From positions 1 through 46,147 of IMG/VR virus record IMGVR_UViG_3300049782_000007: a DNA stretch of 46,147 nucleotides; one strand, 5' to 3'. This document shows, one piece after another, positions 9,382 to 18,717 of this stretch. The notes below the pieces were generated by a model. That model ran no database searches. It had not been told where the DNA came from and saw only the letters and a program-made list of their open reading frames with translations. Numbering within the stretch: the stretch's first letter is position 1; each line of letters starts with the position of its first letter. The translations under genes were made by a program, and so were the position numbers. Origin of the DNA: a virus (lineage: Duplodnaviria; Caudoviricetes).

Positions 9382-9711
9382 ATGAGCAAGGTTACGTTTG
9401 ACGACCTAATGGCCGAGGTTGAGGAGAGCTACAAGACCGTAGAGTTTGAGGGCCCGGACGGTGACACGTTCGCGCTGCGCTCTATCGCTGTCCTTCCTCG
9501 CCACGCACGCAAGACCGTGGTTGACGCTGTGAAGATTGCCAACGGCAAGACGAACGACGTTGACAAGCAGGAAAACGCAATTGACAACGTGCTACTTGCC
9601 GTAGTCGATGACGCCGATCGGTTCAAGCCGGTTCTTGACATGCTGCCCCTTGGCGCAAAGGTCAAGCTAGTTGAGGCTTGGTCGAAGGGTACGCAGGCCC
9701 CGGAAGCCTGA
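9382..9711 (+). CDS. Tail assembly chaperone (G-like)
   Basis: Position between major tail and tape measure genes. Confidence 0.85.
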   Translation: MSKVTFDDLMAEVEESYKTVEFEGPDGDTFALRSIAVLPRHARKTVVDAVKIANGKTNDVDKQENAIDNVLLAVVDDADRFKPVLDMLPLGAKVKLVEAWSKGTQAPEA

Positions 9712-10115
9712 CGCTCCGGGAGATGTGCGACAAGAACGGGGCCGAACTAGTCGCTGACTTTCAGCGGCATTACGGCCTACGGCTTTCCGATGTGGTGGCG
9801 GGTTCCGTCTCGCCCAAGTCGGCTCTAGCCATGGTTCGCAATCTCCCGGAGGACTCCGCATTTGTCGTAGCCGTCCGAGGTGGACGGGAACACACCGGGT
9901 GGGACACGGTGGCCTATCTGCTAGCCGCCCTTATTGACTCGGTGAACATGACTACGTGGGCAGTGCGGGCGCAAAACGCTAAGCGGCCACCGCAGAAGCC
10001 CAAGCCCTTTGAGCGACCGGGACAGCGCAAGCGCACCATCCGGACGGCCGAAGCCCTGATACGAAACAATCCGCGCGCTATGCCGATTCCTGTACACCGG
10101 CTACCACGCGCATGA
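9700..10115 (+). CDS. Tail assembly chaperone extension (GT-like, -1 frameshift product)
   Basis: Overlapping -1 frame ORF with no clear RBS; LVADFQRHYGLRL motif. Confidence 0.75.
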
Positions 10116-10130
10116 TCCCTAGGGGGTGCC

Positions 10131-12344
10131 ATGGCCGGGCCGGGAGGTTCCGAGGCAGGCCGCGTAGCTATTCGGGTTCTTCCCGACACTACGCCGTTCG
10201 CCACCTCGCTCCAGCGTTACCTAGACCGAATCGAGAGCCGGTCACAGGTACGCGTACACATTGACATTGATGTTGCCGCCCTTGATACGGAACTGAGCCG
10301 TGTCACGCGGGACCGTAGCGTACAGATCGATCTTGATACCGAAACCGCTGAGGCTGCGCTTGCACGTCTTGCACGTGATCGCACGTCGAATATCAACGTT
10401 GATGTTGATAGAGGCGGACTAGAGCGCACGTCCGGCGCAATCTCCGGAATTCTCGGGTCTCTCGGACGAGTCAGCGGCACGGCAACTAAGGCCAGCATCG
10501 GTGTGGGTGCTATCGGTCTTGCCGGTGTGGCCGCTGGTGGTGCCCTTGCAGCACTGCCCCTAGCCATGGTCGGGATTGGCGCAATGGCTGTTGCGCAGTC
10601 CGAGACGCTGAAGGTCGAAATGACCAAGGCGACTGATGCCATTAAGTCGGAGTTCGGCAAGATTTCAGAACCCCTTGGGCGGGCACTAGTCGATTCTATG
10701 CCCGCTATTCAGAGTCTCGTCTCTGAGATGGGCCCGCTATTTGCCGCTGGCGCGCAGTGGATTAAGCCGGTAGTCGAAGGGGTCACCGGTCTAGCATCGG
10801 CCGCTCTGCCGGGGCTTACTTCGGCTATGCAGAACCTTGGCCCTGTGGTGGAGGGGATGCAGATTGGCCTTACCACCCTTGGAAGCGGCCTAGGCGACAT
10901 GTTCGCCTCCCTTGGGGAAAACGCCGAGGGCGCGGGAATGGCGATGAATTCGCTATTCGGTGGGCTAGGAGATATCCTAGCCGCTCTAGGTCCACTTCTT
11001 GGCGGTCTTGCTTCCGCTTTCGCCCCGCTTTTCGATGGCATAACGGGCGGAGTGCTCAACCTGATCGATGGCCTTGTTCAAGGACTAGTACCGGCCATTC
11101 AGGTAATCGCTCCTCTTGTTGGTGACCTAGCAGCGGCCATAGGCGGGACACTTGGTGCAGCCATTCAGGCAATTGCCCCCGGACTGGCCGCATTCGCTCA
11201 GGCAGTCCTACCGGCGATCACTTCGGCCCTAAAGGTACTGACCCCGGTCATCACGAGTCTGACCCCCGTTTTTCAGATGCTCGGTCAGATACTTGGTACC
11301 GTCGTGGCTACAGCGGTACAAGCCATTGTGCCGATCATTGCGCAGCTAGTGCCAATCCTGGGACAGATTCTTACGGCAGTAGCACCGCTGATCACGCAGC
11401 TAGTCACTGGTCTAGTGCCGATCTTCACGGCCCTAGCACCACTGATTACGCAGGTGGCACAGCTTCTACTGACCCTTCTGAAGCCGGTACTACAGGCACT
11501 GCCGATGACCCTCTCACCCATCCTGGAAGCGCTAAATATTCTGATCCCGCTATTCGTTCAGATTGCGTCTCAGATTATCAGCGCTCTAGGGCCGAGCCTA
11601 CAGACGCTTATGCGAGCGTTCGTTGATATCATGGTTGCGCTGTCGCCACTACTGCCGCTTTTCGCCAAGCTGATCGAGGCCGCTCTAAAGGTCCTCGTTC
11701 CAGTTATCACGCCAATCATTCGCGTGATTGCTCAGCTCGTGTCGGGCATCGTCGCATCGCTGGTTCCGGCTATCAAGTCAATTATCAATTGGCTGTCCGA
11801 CTGGATTACGCGGCTAACCAACACCCTGAACAGTATTCGCAACTTTGCGAATAGTGCCATTCAGTTCTTCTCGGGGATTTGGGACGGTATCAGCGCCATC
11901 CCTGGTAAGATCGAACAGGGCTTCAGGGTGGCCATCAACAGCATCATCGGAATCATCAATGGTCTGATCCGGGCGTACAACTCTATCCCTGGACTACCGG
12001 ATATCGGTCAAATTTCCCCGATGAGTCTAGCCGTTACGGAGCCCGAGACTAGCGGATTCTCGCTCATGTCCGAGCCAATGGCGCTGTCTGCGGAACCAAT
12101 GGCCTTTGCATCGTCGGCCACGTTCGCCAATGCCCTAGAGGAGATGGCAACGCTACCGCAGGCATCTGGAGCGGCCGATAAGATGGCAGCAGCCATGCGC
12201 AAGTCTCTGGGATCGCAGACGGACGCACAGCAGCGAAGCACATTGAATCCTGTGCAGTCCATCACGGTTAATGCCGAGACGAACGCCGATCCGTTCGAGA
12301 TTGGCCGTGAGGTGGCATGGGTCCTGCGCACTTCGGGCCGTTGA
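10131..12344 (+). CDS. Tape measure protein
   Basis: 737 aa; GRVAIRVLPDT N-terminus; long amphipathic 11-residue repeats. Confidence 0.92.
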   Translation: MAGPGGSEAGRVAIRVLPDTTPFATSLQRYLDRIESRSQVRVHIDIDVAALDTELSRVTRDRSVQIDLDTETAEAALARLARDRTSNINVDVDRGGLERTSGAISGILGSLGRVSGTATKASIGVGAIGLAGVAAGGALAALPLAMVGIGAMAVAQSETLKVEMTKATDAIKSEFGKISEPLGRALVDSMPAIQSLVSEMGPLFAAGAQWIKPVVEGVTGLASAALPGLTSAMQNLGPVVEGMQIGLTTLGSGLGDMFASLGENAEGAGMAMNSLFGGLGDILAALGPLLGGLASAFAPLFDGITGGVLNLIDGLVQGLVPAIQVIAPLVGDLAAAIGGTLGAAIQAIAPGLAAFAQAVLPAITSALKVLTPVITSLTPVFQMLGQILGTVVATAVQAIVPIIAQLVPILGQILTAVAPLITQLVTGLVPIFTALAPLITQVAQLLLTLLKPVLQALPMTLSPILEALNILIPLFVQIASQIISALGPSLQTLMRAFVDIMVALSPLLPLFAKLIEAALKVLVPVITPIIRVIAQLVSGIVASLVPAIKSIINWLSDWITRLTNTLNSIRNFANSAIQFFSGIWDGISAIPGKIEQGFRVAINSIIGIINGLIRAYNSIPGLPDIGQISPMSLAVTEPETSGFSLMSEPMALSAEPMAFASSATFANALEEMATLPQASGAADKMAAAMRKSLGSQTDAQQRSTLNPVQSITVNAETNADPFEIGREVAWVLRTSGR

Positions 12345-12346
12345 CA

Positions 12347-12360
12347 TAGGAACGTTCCTA
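12347..12360. repeat. Palindrome copy 5
   Basis: Exact; the TGA stop of the tape measure gene overlaps the TTGACA flank. Confidence 0.95.
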
Positions 12361-12363
12361 TGT

Positions 12364-12400
12364 TGAAAGGGCCCCCAGGTTCTCCCAGGGGGCCCTTTCA
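12364..12400. terminator. Bidirectional terminator
   Basis: TGAAAGGGCCCCC...GGGGGCCCTTTCA. Confidence 0.75.
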
Positions 12401-12402
12401 TC

Positions 12403-12537
12403 CTAGTTCACCCAACCGCCATAGTCCGACCAGACCGGACCGCACGTGTCGCCGTGGCGACGGTAGTAGGCGTCTTCCGCTTCTTCTTCGGTGGCGTACG
12501 TTTCTCCGTCAAGTTCTTCAATGAATAGGGATTGCAT
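12403..12537 (-). CDS. Small acidic hypothetical protein (44 aa, MQSLFIEELDGETYATEEEAEDAYY...), not in the ORF track
   Basis: Strong AAGGGGAGG RBS; TTGCGA promoter next to palindrome 6; ends at a terminator. Confidence 0.7.
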   Translation of the reverse strand: MQSLFIEELDGETYATEEEAEDAYYRRHGDTCGPVWSDYGGWVN

Positions 12538-12607
12538 TCCGCCCCTCCCCTTGTCGGTGTCTGACGAGACTTAGTTAACCACACACGCATCATGTTCGCA
12601 ACCACCC

Positions 12608-12621
12608 TAGGAACGTTCCTA
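12608..12621. repeat. Palindrome copy 6
   Basis: Exact match. Confidence 0.95.
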
Positions 12622-12634
12622 GGTCGAGAGGTCG

Positions 12635-13354
12635 ATGACCATGCTTGACTGGACTCTGTCCTATGGCCCTATCACCATCGGTGACGCCGAGACCCTACCC
12701 GCCGTGAACTTCACGAACTTTGACATCGCTTCCACGCCGGACATCCGGACCAATGACATAGCACTGATTCAGCGAGACGGGCTATGGGCCGGTGACGATT
12801 ACTTGGGTGGGCGAACGGTCAATCTTTCTCTTGAGGTTCAGGCAATGGACACAGCCGAGTTCTCCGCCGCTGTCAACCTCATCATGCAGGCGTTCTCCCC
12901 CGGAGTTGCCGGTGAGACCCCACTACGGTTCCGCATTCCCGGCATAGCCAACGGTCGTGAGGCTTACGTGAATGCCCGAACCCGTAAGCGCTCGAACCCA
13001 CTTGATGCCTCGTTCGCGCGTCTTTCGTGTGCATTCGAGATTGAGCTATTCGCTACTGATCCGGCAATTTACGCCGTCGATGAAACAAACATCACGCTCA
13101 AGCCCGGTGTGCTGGCCCGTATTACCGTCGATGGCTCACGCTCAGTGCAGCCTTATTTCCTAATCGACCAGATGACTAATCCAACGCTAACGAACGCAAT
13201 CACCGGAGAAGTAATTACATTTCCGGGTTCGGGAACTTGGACGCCTTCAAACACACCAACTTTCGAACCCGGAGACACGTACATGACCCTGTCGAAGAGC
13301 GGAAATCACGCAGATGCCGCCGGGTTCCTTCGCTGGCGAGACTCTTGGGTGTGA
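12635..13354 (+). CDS. Distal tail (Dit-like) minor tail protein
   Basis: First tail gene after the tape measure; GDDYLGGRTV, ATDP and WRDSW motifs. Confidence 0.8.
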   Translation: MTMLDWTLSYGPITIGDAETLPAVNFTNFDIASTPDIRTNDIALIQRDGLWAGDDYLGGRTVNLSLEVQAMDTAEFSAAVNLIMQAFSPGVAGETPLRFRIPGIANGREAYVNARTRKRSNPLDASFARLSCAFEIELFATDPAIYAVDETNITLKPGVLARITVDGSRSVQPYFLIDQMTNPTLTNAITGEVITFPGSGTWTPSNTPTFEPGDTYMTLSKSGNHADAAGFLRWRDSWV

Positions 13355-14508
13355 TGATGACGTACAAGGTTTTCCTCTATAACATGATCTCTCGGCAGGT
13401 CTATGCCGAAGTTCCATTTGCAAGCCTCTCCTACAGCTATGTGATGGATGAGCCAGGAAAGGCAACCATCGAAATCCCGATGGGAGCTACCCGCAAGGAC
13501 GGTGCTCCGATAGCGCCTATAGATCTCTTTCCCGTGCGTACTGGCGTAGCAATTCAGCGAGGTACGGACCTTGTATGGGGTGGAATCCTGTGGGCTTACC
13601 GGATGGATCTAAGTCGACGCACCATTACCCTCTCCGCCCAAGGCTACCTATCGTACTACCGATATCGACACACAGCCACAGATGGGCAGAGGTACAAGGG
13701 TATCGAACAGATAACCATGATCCAAGCCCTCATCAACACCTGTAACATCAACAACGGGATCAGTACCAATGCAACTGAGCTGACTACGACCAACATGGTG
13801 CGTGACCGAAGCTGGAACCCGTATGAATTCAAGCAGCTAGACGCGGTCTTTTCTGATCTCTGCGACGACATTACTTCCTTTGACCCTGTCACAGGTAAGT
13901 ATGGGGGCGGCTTCTTCCTCTACTTCGAACCATACTGGTGGCTTCCGGGTAGCCATATCGGCAATAAGGCTGTGAATACTGCGAACCGTCACCCTTACGG
14001 AATTGGCGCTACCCTACAGCAAGGGCAGAACTGTGAGTTCACTGAGGTAACGGTCGACGGTACGGGACTTGCTACTACGGCTTTCGCTGTAGGCGCGACT
14101 GACGGACAGAAGTCACTGACTCCATTTGCGTCTGACGAGAATTCCGGACTACTTGACGTAATCCCGCAGCTAAACACTGTTCTAAACGAGAACAGCGCCA
14201 AGAGCCGTGTTGCCCTTCAGTACAAGGTCCGTTCTGCCCTGTCGTTTGGCTCCGCCCCTACTATCATCCCGCATGCGCAGACGTATCCAAATCAGTTTTC
14301 CCCTCTGACTTTCAAGCCAGGAATGCGAACGTTTGTTACTACAGATGACGGATTCCTGAATCTAGTAGACGAAGTTTATGTAGTGACTGAGGCATCGGTG
14401 TCTGTGGCTAGTGACGGATCAGACCGAATCTCGCTTTCCCTAGTCCAGGATGATCTTTTCAAGGAGACTGACCCATGGCACGACCTGGGACCACAAGCCC
14501 AGACCTAG
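13354..14508 (+). CDS. Minor tail protein (baseplate hub-like)
   Basis: Position; VWGGILW...SAQGYLSYY motif. Confidence 0.8.
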   Translation: MMTYKVFLYNMISRQVYAEVPFASLSYSYVMDEPGKATIEIPMGATRKDGAPIAPIDLFPVRTGVAIQRGTDLVWGGILWAYRMDLSRRTITLSAQGYLSYYRYRHTATDGQRYKGIEQITMIQALINTCNINNGISTNATELTTTNMVRDRSWNPYEFKQLDAVFSDLCDDITSFDPVTGKYGGGFFLYFEPYWWLPGSHIGNKAVNTANRHPYGIGATLQQGQNCEFTEVTVDGTGLATTAFAVGATDGQKSLTPFASDENSGLLDVIPQLNTVLNENSAKSRVALQYKVRSALSFGSAPTIIPHAQTYPNQFSPLTFKPGMRTFVTTDDGFLNLVDEVYVVTEASVSVASDGSDRISLSLVQDDLFKETDPWHDLGPQAQT

Positions 14509-15302
14509 TCAGCGACCTCCGAGAGCTGAAGAATCGTCTCGACGCCTTGGAGCGCCGCCCGGTCCCCCAGACGGTTTACGACCAGTATCCGACTACGGAA
14601 TGGGCCGCGATTCCACGCAACCGTTCCGCTGATAACGCATGGTCATCTTGCGGCATTGCCAACGTTACCGGCCTGAAGTTTGATCGAGTGGAATGTAAGT
14701 TCATCACGGATCGCATTATTTCAGGCCGCAGCGAAGTGGAAATCCGCCTAGCAGCATTCCGCCATCCCTACGGATCGCAGTTCAAGGATTGCGTTTCCGC
14801 TACTAGCGTTATGCGCCTCACTGGAACCACGATTCGATCTATCGGCGTGGGGCGATGGCGTTGGATTCACGGTATTCCGTTTGGATGGGATTACAGTGAT
14901 ACCGACGATGCGGTATACACCATCGAGCTTCAGCATCGAAACCCAAACGATATGCCACAGCGACCAGATAATCCCGCCGTGCGTCAAATGTTTGGGTACT
15001 TCAAGATGTCCAACGAAACAGATATTTGGGATGCGGACCTAGTGGGCTCCGCTGGTATATGGGCGGCAGGTCTTCGGCCATCTTCCGATAACACCATTCC
15101 CCCTATGGGATGGATCGATGTTCAGGACCGGGATGGGGCATGGACCGGCGCTTACCACATCTCAAATATGCACTACTGTGTTGGCCTTCCCGCTGATCGA
15201 CTTCCGGAGGCTAGTGTGCCTGGATGGTTCGTTCTGACCAACGGTGGCGGAGTACGTTTCGCTCGGGACGCTGATATCACCGAGCCCTACACGAGGATTT
15301 AG
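14475..15302 (+). CDS. Minor tail protein
   Basis: N-terminal coiled coil DLRELKNRLDALERR; position in tail module. Confidence 0.7.
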   Translation: MARPGTTSPDLVSDLRELKNRLDALERRPVPQTVYDQYPTTEWAAIPRNRSADNAWSSCGIANVTGLKFDRVECKFITDRIISGRSEVEIRLAAFRHPYGSQFKDCVSATSVMRLTGTTIRSIGVGRWRWIHGIPFGWDYSDTDDAVYTIELQHRNPNDMPQRPDNPAVRQMFGYFKMSNETDIWDADLVGSAGIWAAGLRPSSDNTIPPMGWIDVQDRDGAWTGAYHISNMHYCVGLPADRLPEASVPGWFVLTNGGGVRFARDADITEPYTRI

Positions 15303-15305
15303 CTT

Positions 15306-15581
15306 ATGAACCTCTCAGCTATTCCATCCGGACTTGAAGTCGTCATCCCCGTCCTTGTTTTCGTTTTCGCGTCCCTACAGAAGTGGAAGCGTGGAATCAC
15401 TGAAACATGGCGAGAGGAAGCGGAAGCACAGAAGCTACGAGCTGACCGACTGGCAGAGCAAGTAAACGAGCTTGGCGAAGAGATCAAGGCTTTGCGACGC
15501 GAGAACGCAGAACTGCGGAAGATGCTTAGCGACAGGGGTTTTGACATAGGAACGTTCCTAGGTCGAAAGGAGGTAGAGTGA
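15306..15581 (+). CDS. Small membrane protein with coiled coil
   Basis: N-terminal hydrophobic helix followed by heptad repeats. Confidence 0.7.
   Translation: MNLSAIPSGLEVVIPVLVFVFASLQKWKRGITETWREEAEAQKLRADRLAEQVNELGEEIKALRRENAELRKMLSDRGFDIGTFLGRKEVE
15547..15560. repeat. Palindrome copy 7 (inside CDS, DIGTFLG)
   Basis: Exact match. Confidence 0.95.
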
Positions 15582-16996
15582 TGGCAACGCTGTTTGATCT
15601 ACCGGCATCAATCCCTCGTGTCACCCTTCGAGCTATCTATATCGGACCTGATGGCCGCCCACTGAAGGGCTTTGTCGAAATTCTCGCCCCTAGTCCGCTA
15701 ACATTCCCGGATGCGGATGTTTTCATTACCGGACCAGTAGTGATCCCGCTGGATACTCAGGGCGGATTCACCGTTACGCTTCCGGCGACTGATGTTGAGG
15801 GAAGTAATCCATCCGACTGGGCTTACCAAATCACAGAACGTATTAGCGGAACGCAGAATCGGCAGCCGTACGCCATTAAGCTACCGGCGTCAGCGCCAAG
15901 CGTTTGGCTAGATGAGATCGCCCCTTCCAACCCTTTCACTCCAAATTACGTGCCCGTTGTCGGACCCCAGGGACCGCAGGGACCCCAGGGACCACCAGGA
16001 CCCCAGGGACCACAGGGTGAGGCATCCACCGTTCCCGGCCCAACTGGACCGGAGGGCCCACAGGGTGAACGAGGCTCGCTATGGTTCTTCGGAGATGGCG
16101 AGCCGGGTGAGATAGAAGGCGCTGTAACCGGAGATGCTTACCTTGATCGCGTAAACGGTAACGTTTACTACCTCACTGACCAGTGGTACCTACAAGCCCA
16201 TCTAGAGGGGCCGCAGGGACCACCAGGACCCCAGGGAGAAAAGGGCGATCCCGGAACCGGAAATGTCAACACGGTTAATGGCGACGCTGGCCCAGATGTC
16301 GTCCTAGACGCTCTGGACGTAGGGGCTGTTCCAGCAAGCGAAAAGGGTGTCGCCAATGGCGTAGCATCTCTGGATACAAACGGCAAGGTACCGGCATCGC
16401 AACTTCCGCAGATGTCAGACCCTAATGCCGTTACCTCGGTGAACGGCAAGACGGGACCAACTGTCACGCTAAATGCGACTGACGTTGGCGCCGAGACGTC
16501 GGGAACATCCGTGCTTCTGACAGGCGCGCAAACGGTGGCCGGTGTGAAGACTTTCACCTCTCGACCGGTTTTCAGCTCAGGCGTAACAATCAACGGTATT
16601 AACGGTACTCAGGTGGTGTGGAAGGATACCGCAACATCGATAACCAACAGCACTACCGTGACAGCGGATCCTGACCTCGTTCTACCCGTCGTATCAAACT
16701 CGGTCTACATCGTTGAATGTACCCTTGTCTGGACTAACGGCGGGGGCGGAATGCGCTTTGATTTCACAGGCCCCTCGGGAACAACCCTAGTCTACGCCGA
16801 TAATGACGGTAGCGGAATTCAGTCGATCGGCACTGACGACACTTTCAGCGCTACGACTGGTTGCACCGTAAAGGGCCTACTGCGGACAGCGGCGTCATCT
16901 GGAAGTTTCACCTTCCGATGGGCACAGAACACAGCAAACGCCGCAGCTACTACCCTAGCCTCGGGTAGCTACCTCACTTTGACCCGAGTCGCTTGA
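15578..16996 (+). CDS. Collagen-repeat tail fibre / minor tail protein
   Basis: GPQ/GPP triplets; VTSVNGKTG and GVASLDTNGKVPASQLP fibre motifs. Confidence 0.85.
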   Translation: MMATLFDLPASIPRVTLRAIYIGPDGRPLKGFVEILAPSPLTFPDADVFITGPVVIPLDTQGGFTVTLPATDVEGSNPSDWAYQITERISGTQNRQPYAIKLPASAPSVWLDEIAPSNPFTPNYVPVVGPQGPQGPQGPPGPQGPQGEASTVPGPTGPEGPQGERGSLWFFGDGEPGEIEGAVTGDAYLDRVNGNVYYLTDQWYLQAHLEGPQGPPGPQGEKGDPGTGNVNTVNGDAGPDVVLDALDVGAVPASEKGVANGVASLDTNGKVPASQLPQMSDPNAVTSVNGKTGPTVTLNATDVGAETSGTSVLLTGAQTVAGVKTFTSRPVFSSGVTINGINGTQVVWKDTATSITNSTTVTADPDLVLPVVSNSVYIVECTLVWTNGGGGMRFDFTGPSGTTLVYADNDGSGIQSIGTDDTFSATTGCTVKGLLRTAASSGSFTFRWAQNTANAAATTLASGSYLTLTRVA

Positions 16997-16998
16997 CA

Positions 16999-17012
16999 TA
17001 GGAACGTTCCTA
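16999..17012. repeat. Palindrome copy 8 (extends to a 26-bp perfect palindrome 16993-17018 with TTGACA on both strands)
   Basis: TTGACATAGGAACGTTCCTATGTCAA. Confidence 0.95.
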
Positions 17013-17082
17013 TGTCAAAACCTTGCCCCGATCCGGCGAGAATCCGGGCGGGGCGCTTTCATGCCGACGAAAGGAGTTATCA

Positions 17083-17847
17083 GTGAAGCTTGTTACCCGT
17101 TCCCAGTGGGGAGCGCGTCCCCCAAAGAATGGTCATCCACGTGTGGAATCCAACTACGGCGTAAAGATTCACTATCTTGGCACCGCGTATGAATCTTCGG
17201 ACCACTCCACGTGTGACGATTACATGCGCAAGCTACAGAACTACTACATGGACAAGCTTGGTTGGGCCGATTGGGCGTACAATTACGGTGTTTGCGAGCA
17301 CGGATACGTGTTTGAGGGCCGAGGGCTTCATGCTCAGAATGCCGCAAACGGTAACACCACGCTTAATCGCAACCACTATGCCGTGAACCTCTTTGTCGGC
17401 TCCTCGGGTTCTACAACGCCGACCCGCGAACAGATGAACGCGGCACGTGAGCTGATCGCCTACCTGCGAAAGAACGGCGGGGCCGGTAACGAAATCAAGG
17501 GCCATCGAGACGGTTATGCGACCGCTTGCCCTGGCGACGCTCTTTACGCACTACTAAAGGCCGGTGAGTTCGAGCCGACCACCCCGGCCCCATCCACACA
17601 GACCTATGTCGCATTTCCCGGTGTGACATGGTTCAAGAAGAACCCCAATTCGCCAATCGTCACCGCCATGGGCAAGCGTCTAGTCGCCCTCGGTTATCGA
17701 GGCTATGCGAAGGGTCCGGGCCCGCAGTGGACCGAGGCAGACCGCAAGGCGTACGCATGGTGGCAGCGCAAGCTAGGTTACAGCGGCGCGGACGCTGACG
17801 GTTGGCCGGGGCGCGACTCGTGGACCAAGCTCAAGGTGCCTAAGTAA
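17083..17847 (+). CDS. Endolysin: N-acetylmuramoyl-L-alanine amidase (PGRP-like) plus C-terminal peptidoglycan-binding domain
   Basis: RSQWGAR, IHY, YVFEGRG and GHRDGYATACPG motifs; WQRKLG...ADGWPG; AAGGAG RBS before GTG. Confidence 0.9.
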   Translation: MKLVTRSQWGARPPKNGHPRVESNYGVKIHYLGTAYESSDHSTCDDYMRKLQNYYMDKLGWADWAYNYGVCEHGYVFEGRGLHAQNAANGNTTLNRNHYAVNLFVGSSGSTTPTREQMNAARELIAYLRKNGGAGNEIKGHRDGYATACPGDALYALLKAGEFEPTTPAPSTQTYVAFPGVTWFKKNPNSPIVTAMGKRLVALGYRGYAKGPGPQWTEADRKAYAWWQRKLGYSGADADGWPGRDSWTKLKVPK

Positions 17848-17868
17848 CGCCGAAAGAAGACATACCGA

Positions 17869-18072
17869 ATGAACTTTATCCGTGACCACGCTACGCGGCT
17901 CTATGCGGTCGCTGTAGCCCTTGTGGCCCTCGTGGCCCACTATGTTCCGGCCCTGCCGTCCGAGGCCGTTCTAGCCCTTGCTGCGGCCATTCTCGGTGTC
18001 GGTGAGGCAGTACAGCGGACAGAGAACCGCAAGACGGTTGAGGCATCCACCGCAGGCTACCAAAAGTCTTAA
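17869..18072 (+). CDS. Holin
   Basis: 67 aa, two hydrophobic helices, directly after the endolysin. Confidence 0.75.
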   Translation: MNFIRDHATRLYAVAVALVALVAHYVPALPSEAVLALAAAILGVGEAVQRTENRKTVEASTAGYQKS

Positions 18073-18083
18073 CTAACTCAATC
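18068..18083 (+). promoter_or_regulatory. CTTAAC box a (CTTAACTAACTCAATC)
   Basis: Matches the 8-copy motif; upstream of the dNMP kinase. Confidence 0.55.
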
Positions 18084-18093
18084 TCCGTAGCGC

Positions 18094-18645
18094 ATGAGAG
18101 ACATTGCGCTGATTGGCCGGGCCCGCTCAGGTAAGGACACTGTGGGGGCCCGGCTCGTTTCCCGGTACGGGTATACGCGTCTGGCGTTCGCTGACCCGCT
18201 CAAGGAAATGATCCTTGAAATCGACCCGGTAATTCCTTACGACCTTCAGGGGTTTGGTGGGCTGAATCACGTTCGTCTGTCAACTCTGGTCGAGCACGTC
18301 GGTTGGGAGCGAGCTAAGGACGAATACCCCGAGGTTCGCCGGATTCTTCAGCACACCGGCCAGAGCGTCAGGAACCATGACCCGGATTACTGGGTTTCGG
18401 CCCTTGTGCAGCGAATAGGCGACGGACCTACTGTCGTCACCGATGTTCGCTACCCCAACGAGGCACGCACACTCAAGCGGCACGGATTCCGGCTCGTTCG
18501 CATCGTACGTCCATCTCTCGATGCTCCCAACTCCACCGCTCACATCAGCGAACGGGCCCTTGACGGGTTCGCCGTAGGGCTGACCATCATCAACAATTCC
18601 ACGCTAGACGATTTGTACGCACACGCGGATACTCTTCCGTACTAG
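18094..18645 (+). CDS. Deoxynucleoside monophosphate kinase
   Basis: IGRARSGKDT P-loop, FADPLK, VTDVRYPNE, HISE. Confidence 0.92.
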   Translation: MRDIALIGRARSGKDTVGARLVSRYGYTRLAFADPLKEMILEIDPVIPYDLQGFGGLNHVRLSTLVEHVGWERAKDEYPEVRRILQHTGQSVRNHDPDYWVSALVQRIGDGPTVVTDVRYPNEARTLKRHGFRLVRIVRPSLDAPNSTAHISERALDGFAVGLTIINNSTLDDLYAHADTLPY

Positions 18646-18658
18646 AACAAATGTACCT

Positions 18659-18700
18659 TGGCCCCCATGGCGATCACTCGCTGTGGGGGCCTTTTGTTTT
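18659..18700 (+). terminator. Intrinsic terminator
   Basis: GGCCCCCA...TGGGGGCC followed by a T-tract. Confidence 0.75.
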
Positions 18701-18717
18701 CTGCTATACTCTTCGGC

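Noticed and set aside
12408-12605. 65-aa minus-strand ORF from the track
   Set aside because: No RBS and it runs through the promoter; the alternative frame 12403-12537 has a strong RBS
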